Both the position numbers and the translations under genes were made by a program. A DNA stretch of 64,000 nt from Lingula anatina (Eukaryota > Animalia > Brachiopoda), in the NCBI GenBank assembly GCA_051362555.1, contig CM120646.1, forward strand, positions 19,158,001-19,222,000, given 5' to 3'. Positions 53,301-64,000 of the stretch are shown here, piece after piece. Every line of letters begins with the position of its first letter. Position 1 is the stretch's first letter. The notes under the pieces were generated by a model. That model searched no databases, had not been told where the DNA came from, and worked only from the letters and a program-made list of their open reading frames with translations.

Positions 53301-56300
53301 ATGACTTCCTAATTAAGTTCAATGTAACTATGACAACTATGGGTGTATCTCTGTCAGTTTTGGAGTATTTCACATTTAATTTTCATCATATAGCATTGTA
53401 ATGTGGTACTTTTTGAAAAAGTGTAGCTCTTAAACCCTATGGAAAAAAAGATACCACCTCCAGTGTTGTGCTTCACAAGCTCTACAAAATGTAACAAAAA
53501 AGAGGTCTCTAGCTTTTAGAGTTCCAGAATTAGAGTCAGAGTTTTCAGTTTCGATATCTAATGCAGGGGCGAATTGAGGCTGTTTTCAGCGTCTTCCGGA
53601 AGACAGATTTTCTAGTTTACATTGATGGGTATCTAATTTTTTCTGTCAGAAGATGGTCAAAAATGGAGGATAGATCAACATAAGTAATTTGGAAGGCTAT
53701 CAGAAAACAACTCTGGATCTGCCCCTGTACTGGCTACTTCTCTCCTTAAAATGCACTGAAGAACCCTAAACCCACAAAGATGAAAAGAGATTCCAAGTGT
53801 AACTATTCACCTTAATATAAAGGCATAGGTCTGTTTATTTTCTGAAATTCGGAACAAAGGTTTTTTTGCAGAACTTTTCCCATGATTCCTTTGGCAAGAG
53901 AGATATTTAGCATTTAATTTTTCAAAATTTTTGACAAGAGTGCACTGCGACAAGTGTCACACCTTGGCAAATGCACCTACAGAGCCCAAAATTCAAGTTA
54001 AGATTCAGAAAGGTGACACGTCCTAGTAGACTAGTGTAGGAGGAGAAGAAGCGGTAATGGTAACCTCGCGTCAGAGCTTGTCACCAGCACCAAGCTGACA
54101 GATAAGACAAGTAGGGACTAAAACCATGAGTACCGCCAGCACTCACGCTGGAGGTACTAATAAACTACAGAGTGTGAATTATTGATGCTTAAAGGTACAT
54201 GCAGATTCTTGGAACCGGAGTCATAATTTTTTTTAATGTTTTATACAGTCACACTAACAGTAAACATCAGGTGAAGCAAAATTTCATTTCAAACACCAGA
54301 CAGTTTATTGTTCATATGAATTCATTTTATGTTCAGTCTAGTCTTGCACGTAGTATAACAAATGTTTGTGCTTGTTTCACTGTTCCATTATTGTCTACTA
54401 GTATATGATATCTAACCACATGACATTTTTATGGACATACACTGTGTCCGGACATGTAGCCTTCACCAATTTCTTTTATGTTTTTTTGTTTTTTTTTTGG
54501 TTAAGTTTTAATATTTCACATAATGACATTTTCAATGTGTGATTTTGAAGCCCTATGCAAGTTGCATTTTCTGAATGTTCATGTTACTTACAGTATATAA
54601 TAAAAAATTGGTGGTGCTTGTGCTGTTCACCACTGGGGCCATTCAGAATGAGAAGATCCGAGTGCTAACAGGTCCACGGCCTAAATATGGCGGACCTACA
54701 TGAAAGGAAGACCGCTTAATCCTGTAATGGTCTCTATGCCGCTTTCACGCCTCCACACACATTGTCCCTGTAGGGGCACAGTAATTAAATCTCGGCTCAA
54801 TTCGCTCAGTTGATGGACGATGCGTGGGGAGGCGTGTGAGAGGCGGAAAGACCATTACAGGATTAAGCAGTCTTCCTTTTATGTGGGTCCACCATATTTA
54901 GGCCATGGACCAGTTAACACTAGGATCTTCTCATTCTGAATGGTCCCATTATGTAGCATTACATAAAAAGTGACAATAAATGTATTTAGTGCATTGCCAC
55001 TGTAAGCGGTATAAAATGGAGAAAACTGTGTTACTTATTTTTCTGTAACTTAGAAGAATGATTTTATGGAGTGAAATACAGCTCACATGGGTAAACCGGC
55101 TTGAAGCCATGCAGTTTCTTGTGAAATTTTAATTTTTTTTTCCACATATATATATTGGCATTTTCAGTATGTGACTTTGAAATCTCATTGGCCTGAAGCC
55201 CAATGTTATTGACTTTTTCTGTATGTTTATGTTACCTGTAGCACATAATTAAAAATTGGTGGTGATTATACTGTAAAACATTAATATGTAATATTGTATC
55301 AATATTGCCACTGTACTTGTGGAACTGCTGAGTTTTACAGTTACTAGTTCTATTCAAATCCTTGAAACCGGAGCCATAACTGTTTGAGAAAAATAATTTT
55401 GCTGCTGCACAATAGAACACTCCTAAAGCAAAATTTAATTCTGGAACCAGACATTTTATTACATTTACGTAAATTCAAATTCTGCATTGAATCAGATGAA
55501 ACAAACTGCAATGAATCTTGCCTATGGGGTATACCAGACTGCTTGGCACTAGATGTTCCTGTTGTATTTTTAAAAAAATCCTACAGACATCATTTTTGCT
55601 AATTATTTGAGACTGCTTGTAATTCTCATCATAAACATGCTTCAGTTCTGTTATGTACCTGAATGTCAAAATTGACAAGGTGAGAATCAGTTTCTCAAGG
55701 ATTCAGGGCTTTGACTGATCAGAAGTGGAGGGTTGCAGCTGCACAAAGACAAAATGCCTTTGGAAACCCATCAAGCATCCATGTTTTCCTCACCTGACAA
55801 TTGAGATAATATCTCAAATGTTTTTTTTTTTTTTTTGCTAAGTTTCTGAAACTTGAGCTTACATATAGAATGTCTGAAAGATCCTTTTAATTATGGTTTT
55901 AGGAAACTTAAGCCCTTTCAATTATAATGATAGTAAATGTCTTTTAATTAATAAACATAAAATTCCTCATGGGGGAGTTAGTTCATACAATGCCCAATTC
56001 TTACAAAACAGCTACATCAATATTTGAGAACAGAAATAAGCGAAGGCATTTAAAAAAGGATCTTAAACATATAAGAAATTTTTGCAGTACTTCAACTGAT
56101 TTAACATATTACTCTAACCATAAAATAATAAAATTCAGTTTTCACACTTGTTGAAAATTGTAAGTAATATGGACATTCGGAACATAAAACTAGCACATTC
56201 CAAAGTGTGAAAAAAAAAACAGCATAACTTAAAGAAAATCCAATCAGGCTGGTTTTCCACATTAAGCTGTATTGTAGTACTAAGAATCTTCTTTTAAGTT

Positions 56301-59300
56301 TGAGACAGTATGTAGCACAGTTTTCCTTTTATACTTCTCACAGTTGCAGTGCACAAAATAGGCTGACTGTCAATTTTTAGGCAATATTACATAATCCTTA
56401 TCAGAAAAATCAACATAAATCTTTAAAGATGCATTTTAAGGCATATGTTAGCAATAAAACTCCACCAAAGTTTTAAATACTATAACCAAGAGAAATACCA
56501 AAGCACATGGTTTCATATTTCCCTGAAAAATGAGATTCGAAAGGATATATATATATATATATTTTTTTTTTTTTGTTATAAATAAATATCTTACAGCAGT
56601 CTTATTTGAATATATATATATATGTATGCAATTGTGTATGCAGCTACTTCCACGCATGGGGGTAAGATTGATGATTATGCAATGTGTGCTGAGTACCATG
56701 TCATTTAGCAGACCTTTATGAACTGGAGGGTTAGATAAATGGGTCAACTTAAGATCAGAAATTTGAAGAAGGTGCAGTTTTAAGACTATTTTGACTGAAT
56801 TTGGCTCATGACTTGGCATGCTGACTTCATTTTAGTCACATAAGAAATATTAGTGTAAGTGGTTTTTAAGCATTACTGGAAATCTACACTCTCTTTTTAT
56901 GCAACTTCAATAATGTACTGTTAATCTTTTAATGTGGATATATTTAATTGGCACAGGGCTTGAGGCCCATGTGTATTCAAAGTCTGAACTTGAAAATGCT
57001 AAATAAAAAATATTATATATATTCATAAAAAAAATGCATTACTTCCAGAAAAATGGTCCAACAAATGGTCCTACTGCAGTTGATAATTGATGTCACTACA
57101 CAGAGGTACTTGTATACAGAAGTGCTCTCATCACGCTAGTTTTTCTCATCAATTTGCTTATGAAACAAAAGTTTCTTTCCATGTTTTCAGTTAGCAATAA
57201 AACACTCTATTTAGACACAACAATAAATTTAGCACCTGGATAGAGCACACACTTGCCTCAATGACAACTTATCACCTCTCCCCTTGCTCTAATTTGTTCT
57301 ACAATCCTCACACCTAACTACATATGCATTAATACGAAAATAAAATAGCATATTTACTACAGTGATAATGACAGAAAAAAGCATCAATCATTTCTGAAGA
57401 GGCTTAACATATTTTCTACTGATACCTATATCGAATGATGTTTTCATGAAACTGATTCACTTTTTATCATCACTACACACGAGACAAAGAAAACAATCTT
57501 TTTCAACGTAGTTTATCATACTTGACATTAAAATAGTGTATTATTTCACGCGTACACACACACACACACACATACACACGTGAACACACACACCAAGATG
57601 GGGTGCAGGGGATCATCAGGTAATGGACACACATACACATACACACATACATACCCCTATTCCAATAGCTCATTTTTAGAAAAGAAAAGAAAAGAAAAGA
57701 AAGACAATGATGAATGGCACTGGTGCTTTTGTCAAAAGGTCATTCTTATCATCACTGCCTATTTTAAACAGCTACTGTCTGTCTGCCTTGCATGTAACTG
57801 TACACAAAAAAAGTTAATGTTTAGAAAATCAAGTCCATGCACACAACTGATAAATATTAGAATTATATTACTAGTATATTTATCAGTTGTATGCATGGAC
57901 TTGATTTACATAATGTACATGGATGAAAGTAAAAAAACTGAAAATCCTTCAAATGTAGCTTGCAATTTCTCAATTCACTTAGACCATAAGGAAAAAAAAG
58001 AAAAGAAAATGAAGACTGAAAAATCCTGCAATCATGCATTATTCTGAAAACTTTCACCCATGTTCATGTGAAATTAATAAGATTTTTTATGCAGGTGTTT
58101 TCCAAGAAAACAGGATTTTAAACAAGTATATGATTTTTATGATGCTGGTATCTCTATTATTTTCATTTTGACTGTGAGTGGTATCTTGCTAAAAGTACAA
58201 ACATCCATTTTAAACAGGCTCTTTTCTCTACTCAATACAGAACTCAAAAACAGTGAAACAAATCTTAATTTTCTCACTGGTTTGGATAGGGTATATGCTG
58301 ATTATGGGTAAATTGTTTAAGTCTTCAAGAACACTTTACTTTGCTCTGTAAAGCTCTTACTCATACCGTTTGTCTTAATATCATTTCCATTTAAGTGATT
58401 TTTAATAGGACATTATGTGATTTTCAGGAGTGAAAAAATGACCTTCCTACAACACCAACTACATGTCAATGACCTGAAAAAAAAAATCCACATAATATAT
58501 ATGCCCTAGATCCATAGATACTAAGTACAAAAGAGCAAAATTCAAGTTCAGATAGCTAACCACTGTGCACAGTTGGACCAATTTATAAATTTGTTAAGAT
58601 ACAACTATCATTTACTGAACCACCTGGCATCGATGCAACAGGATAACTCTCGGTCTTTATGGTAATTGCACCAAATAGTTCAACATCCAATTATTAAGTT
58701 TATGAATAAAAAGCTATAATATACTAATTTTTACTTGGACATTACTAAATATAAGGCATATTATTACCATTTATTTAGTCTTAACATTAAGATAAATTAA
58801 CATTTTTTTTCAACCTTTCAAAACTTATTTCAGCAGAATACATAAAATATACGAAAAGCAATAAGCAACATGTCATATAATTGCTTAACTGCAACATACA
58901 AATTATAGCATAGCTACTGGTATTTCAGTGTGTTAAAAATAAGGTTGTCTCTCAGTTTTACAGACAGAAAAGATGTGGTTGAACAAACATATTACAGAAT
59001 TCATTTTCTACAATTTTTGAATTCATGCAAAAGAAATTGTCACCAATATGGTGCCAGGCATCAAGCTGGGATCCAATCTGAAGCATTCATATAGCATGGC
59101 ATCATCATAAATAGCAAAAAGGTTCAGCCTTTCTTTGAGAACGTTAACCCTTTTGTGCCTAAAATCTTGCCATTAATTTTCATGAAACTCTGTACTAGCA
59201 CAGACTCTGACTAACTTACACCATCCACATGCACTAGTGGGCTTGATTTGGTCTTAAAGTGCAATTTAAGTTCACAAATAGTCTTCATGATCTTAAACCA

Positions 59301-60311
59301 TGAGTAAGGCCATTTCTGGTCTGACAGCCAATTACATTGTCTCCCCTTACACATTCTCCTATTGTGAGCAGAGGTGTCCTCTATTGTGAGGGGAGGCATC
59401 CCCCATTGTGAGGGGAGGAAACTGCTTGACCACTTAAGTAGATGTTAGATCATTTTTAATCTTAAAAGCAGATTCAGTCCATTTTAAAGACTACTGCTGT
59501 AATGATTAAGATCGTGTAAGATCACTTGTGATCTTAAATTGCACTGTAAGACCAAATCCAGCCCACTAGTGATAGCATAGATATATTTACAACTAAGTTA
59601 AAACTAGCGTAAACACTTTTCCAGCTTGGTGCAACCAACTTTCCTCTGGTGCATCGTTCTACAATGAAGTAGCTCAGGAGTAACTACTACGCCACCATTA
59701 CGCCCCGTTAATACAACTGGGACCTGCCCATTTGAAAGAGTTTGACTTTGTTTTTAGACGAATACATATAACTAGAAACATTATCAATAAATATTGTTGC
59801 CTCTCAAGTTGGTTTGCACAAAGCAAGGAGTCTCTCTTTATCATTTTTCTGGTGCCAAATATTTAATTTTTCACTCATTAACAGCAAAACTGGGTTAAAA
59901 TGATAAAACTTTTCAAAATCCATTGCCAATGCCAAGTATACTTCAATCAATGCAGATAGTTTCATGCACTTAGCAAAAATTTGCTCTGCAATGATGAGCC
60001 TTGTCAATAAAAGTGTACCTTAGAAAAACTATTTTATGTAAGCAACCCTGTCCCAACAGGAGTAAAATTGCCATAAAGCAACTTGGTGCATAAACAAAAT
60101 ATCACATAATCATCCCAATTATATTGCCTATCAAACAACAGGCTGAATAAATAATACAGCTCCAAAAATACATAATTAAACAGTGAGGGTAGCACATGAC
60201 ATCCCTTACCTGTGCAAAAACCTGACTGCTTTGTGGCACTTCCTCGGCTCCCTCTAGCTTCCCGGCCTTTGACCCCAATGACCTGACATTAAGGGCTGGA
60301 TCTCGCTCCAT
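41333..60311 (-). CDS. Large multi-C2H2 zinc-finger protein, probable transcriptional corepressor/scaffold (~3,197 aa if the 5' exon is correct)
   Basis: Phase-consistent exons 60311-60210 (ATG, donor GTAAGG; less certain), 51462-49782, 49369-46823, 46596-41333. Five C2H2 fingers (CRMC..HFRNQH, CQDC..HIRSH, CTYC..HINKH, CKIC..HVRTAH, CHLC..HIEHH), PLNL/PLDLS/PLDLS motifs, and long low-complexity Ser/Pro/acidic regions. Confidence 0.85.
49185..49345 (-). repeat. Coding (M)RMPxGGQ repeats
   Basis: RMPSGGQTMRMPTGAGQPMKTPPGGGQAMRMPLGGQPIRLPPGGGGSYPMRMPPP. Confidence 0.8.
53564..53727. mobile_element. hAT-like MITE (same family as 62290-62468)
   Basis: CAGGGGCG...GCCCCTG termini; shared interior GTCTTCCGGAAGAC; flanks TAATG / TACTG. 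Confidence 0.8.
53933..54162 (+). mobile_element. Helentron/DINE-like element (same family as 4804-4993)
   Basis: ACAAGAG start; end GGGACTAAAACCATGAGTACCGCCAGCACTCACGCTGGAGGTACTAAT. Confidence 0.6.
54635..54947. mobile_element. Foldback MITE with ~100-nt inverted arms
   Basis: GGGGCCATTCAGAATGAGAAGATCC...TAATCCTGTAATGGTCT pairs with AGACCATTACAGGATTAAG...GGATCTTCTCATTCTGAATGGTCCC. Confidence 0.85.
59232..59571. mobile_element. CACTA-ended foldback MITE
   Basis: CACTAGTGGGCTTGATTTGGTCTTAAAGTGCAATTTAAG / CTTAAATTGCACTGTAAGACCAAATCCAGCCCACTAGTG. Confidence 0.85.
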
Positions 60312-62077
60312 TATATTGCTACGAAAGGCACTATTCCATCCTGGCTTATGTACAGGTACCTATGACAATGCTACTCATCACACATTAAAGTCATCAACCA
60401 TCATTGTATGCTTCTCACGCAGAAGGTACTCAGGGTTGTCGTTTTTACTGGTTCTGCTGGCGTGACTTATCGGGTTCTGTATCTGTCCTTTCTTGGAAAA
60501 GAACAAAGGCGCATCATGACCTGAAATATTTAAATGAAAAAGAGAAAATATCTCACAACAGTACATGTGCCTGACCTTGAATGCTTTGTTTATCAGGACA
60601 CAACCTTAAATAATGTAATAAATGAGGAACACAATATATATTTAACTACTACATGTATGGAAACAGCATGTGAATTAATGTTTTTCCTTTAATAGCCCAT
60701 ACAAAACATATAACAGGAATAGCCTACATAAGTAAATCAGAATAAATATGAAAATTTTAAAGGTATCTCAGTAACAGCTGTTTTGCATTAAAGTTTTTGT
60801 TTATTTTTGTAACTTGCATATCCATCCCAAGGAACAGGTGATGTTAAGTAGCTGCCATAAACAAGGTGGCTTAACAGGTGACAATATGCCACTGTTCATT
60901 TAACTTGCTAACATATAACAATACCAGTCATCTAATAATGAATAGCTAGCAGATTTAATTGAATATACAGTAATATTTTTTTACACTCTGTAATAATCTC
61001 TTTAGAGAATATTACAAAAAAAAAAAAAAAAAAAAGGGACTAACTTTGAATGTGGGATTCATTAACCATTGGGAAGTATGGGAAAATTGTCCTTTATCCC
61101 AGGAAAATTTATTTTCTGGCCAAAATGAACAGTTGTTATCCCTTTAATCCTCAGTGAGGGCAGCATAGTTTTTTCTGTTTTTCTTTTTTGAACAAATGCT
61201 TGATATAAATACTGAGCAAATTAATCATTTGTGCTATATTGCATTTCTTGGTCAAAATAAATCTTCCAGTCAGATGGAAATATTTATAATGTTCCTAAAA
61301 CAGTATAATTCAAAATGTAGGTCATTGTATGATGCGCATGAAGTCAGGCAAAGGTCCCCCCTCCTCAGTATCTATCATCAATTTAACAGCTTTCTTTTTT
61401 GAGGGGAGACAGCAATCGGTATGGGGCCTATTTAATCCCTGAAGAAGATCTCACCATGAATATTGACATATCTGACGACAAGTGTATAGGTTTCAATTCA
61501 CTCACATTATTTTGGTTAAAATGTTTTTGAGTTACGAGCCCTGATTACAATGCTTCATAAAACAAATGCATTATTTGCCTTTTAAACAATAACATTTGAA
61601 CTAAGACTTTTAAGAAAAATCACTGACAGGGTTTCGAATTACCGAATGGTGTCAATAAATTTGCAATAAAATGGTGTCTGTTGGTGTTCAGGTTCAGAAG
61701 AAATTTGAAAAACCAATTTTGCAATTTCTATCCCAAAATCACAAATATGACATCATCCATAAAATGGAAGTTGGGTCAATTCAAAGGAATTTAGTCAGTG
61801 AACACTTGAATATTCATCTATAATCCAAAAGCACGTACATAATGACAGTAATTTTGAATTTTTTGTCTAACCCTGTCTGTATCCTCAAACTCAATTATTA
61901 GTCTTAACTTTCAGACAAAAAAAGCAGGCTACTTTGAACTAAATCAATGATAGTCCAATTAAACATATATTATGCCTTGCACATAATAATAAATGCAAGT
62001 CTTATTTTACAGACCAGGACTTACTTTATCTAAGCAGAATTTTCTTTACCTCAGTAGACCAAATTTTTGGTCCGTGA

Positions 62078-62261
62078 GGCTGTATTCAGAACAGCAGACT
62101 ACCTAGTCCAAGGATCAAATATGGTGACTGACTTAAAAGCTTGCCGTCTAATCCCAATTAGGCATTAAATAGATTCCTCGTGAGGATTATGCAACAACCA
62201 TTCAAGTGGGTGGTCCATATTTGATCCGTAGAATAGTTAGTCTGCTGTTGTGAATGCAGCC
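62078..62261. mobile_element. Harbinger-like MITE, same family as 36625-36799
   Basis: GGCTGTATTCAGAACAGCAGACT...TCAAATATGG / CCATATTTGA...AGTCTGCTGTTGTGAATGCAGCC; flanks TGA / TTA. Confidence 0.8.
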
Positions 62262-62289
62262 TTAAGGTTAAACTTTGTTAGTGATACTT

Positions 62290-62468
62290 CAGGGGCGGAT
62301 TTAGGCCGTCTTCTGGGTCTTCCGGAAGACGGTCAGAATTTCAAGTCTTTTCAAGATTTTATATAGGCGGGTATCTAACTTTTTCTGTCGGAAGACGGTC
62401 AAAAATGAGGATGGATCAACAAAGATAATTTGGAAGACTGTCAGAAAATATCTCTGGATCCGCCCCTG
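62290..62468. mobile_element. hAT-like MITE with 5-bp TSD
   Basis: TIR CAGGGGCGGAT / ATCCGCCCCTG; TACTT on both sides. Confidence 0.9.
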
Positions 62469-64000
62469 TACTTGACCCAGCTGTCTCCATCTCCTGTGGC
62501 ATGGTCAGTTCTAATTCCATATTTGTGTTCAGAGTCCAACACTAACAAAACAGGTGATTGTGACAGAGTCATCACACAACACAATAGAATAAAAGCACAC
62601 TATTTTCCTGCAATGGCTACATTATTCATAAAAGCAACCATTACCTGCCTGTCACAAATCGTATATCTATCAGATATATCTGCAACATCAAACAGGGGAG
62701 ACCACTTAAATAAACTGTAAAGTAACAGACAGTCTTTCATCAGTTGATCTGATATCTCTGAAAGCCATGATAACCAACCACAACCATACTGTAAATATTT
62801 ATATGCATTTCAAAGTTGACTTAGATGTACACCAAGCACAATCATCTGCCTCCTGTCTCACCTAACACATTTCACTTCATCAAATGGAAATCTCACATTC
62901 ACGCACATTTAAATCTCAAAATTGTTTTGGTCTACCTCAATGATTGCTCAATGGTTAATTATCCATGCATTCCACTTGCAGACTCTAATGACTGCTACCA
63001 TTTCATGATATGACACTGCTTTCTATTTAACCTATCTTACATCAAAATGTAATAAGGTTTCAAGACAGATTCTCTCAACAAGAAATGTCTAACCCAACTT
63101 CTACCTGGTTGTTGGTAAAGTTCTGCTAACAATTAAGGCTACTTTTTTTTATTCCATTTCAATTTGAAAGCATCAAAAAACCTCAGTCTGAAATGTACGA
63201 AATGAATCCACACAACAACCCTACATGTAGTCCACCATGATTTTCAGAAAACAATGAAAACTGACCTCATCATTTCCCAGCATGTTGTTAAACCCCCTCT
63301 ACACTGGATGGTGTCCTTTCTGCAGCCATAAAACTGGCAGCGCTGTTGTCATAGAAAGGAGGCACAAGTATCGCTTTGGTTGCAAAATGAATGCTCAATG
63401 ATAGGCCAGTTGTCGGCACGTTATGTATTATTTATTTTTTACTCTCAAACAGGGTTGTACTACAGTACGCAGAAAGGATGCCGTCCAGTGTAAAGGGGAT
63501 TTTGGAGAGATGTGTTACCAGCGTCCTCTGGTGCCTCTCAAGTCACTGGCTGTGATACATGTACAGGTTTCCTATAATATCATTAGAAACAAAAAGACTG
63601 TTTTGAGGTCACCTTGACAGACAGTTCACATAACAGGAGAAGCTAGTCAAGTTCAAATTGCATGACTTCCTTAGATCAAATATAGTAAACAGCACTGGAG
63701 ATTTGACATCACTATGGCCCTATAGATTACACAAGAGCCTCTTTGCGTGATAAATATAATAAACATAATTTATGGCTGTGTCTCTTTTTTTTTTCTTTTT
63801 GTCCCAGTTGTCTATTCCGGGCTAATTTAGTCTTGCATTGTAAGCAAACTCCACACCTCTGTACCCTGAGTGTCAGAGCAATGTAAAAGCTAGCTTGCTA
63901 AATATACCTTGTGGTGGAGTCGCTTTTACTAACTCTGAAGACCAGCGGCCATGAAAGTTTTCCATCAATCAAATAGAACTGCTCCGCAGTGAAAATGCAG

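Overview
AT-rich, intron-containing eukaryotic DNA, most likely an invertebrate animal (canonical GT-AG introns, C2H2/CtBP-motif protein, LINE/SINE/Tc1/MITE/Helentron-type repeats); the species cannot be identified from the sequence. The left ~37 kb is a head-to-tail, minus-strand tandem array of SABATH-like (Methyltransf_7-type) SAM-dependent methyltransferase genes. By hand I reconstructed four complete paralogs with 8 coding exons each (379-382 aa; exon sizes 130 or 121, 99, 99, 151, 131, 140, 175, 224 nt, all phase-consistent), a fifth cut by the window edge, and three relic fragments. The SAM-binding motifs are invariant while the putative acceptor-pocket segments differ between copies. 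Two introns of these genes begin with tandem echoes of the exon end plus its splice donor (63-nt units at coding exon 6; 57- or 51-nt units at coding exon 1; all multiples of 3). The right part holds a large minus-strand gene (~3,200 aa predicted) with 5 C2H2 zinc fingers, three CtBP-type PxDLS motifs, duplicated CoRNR-like helices and a C-terminal CxVxL. Many non-autonomous transposons interrupt the introns, including one inserted into a splice donor that it regenerates.
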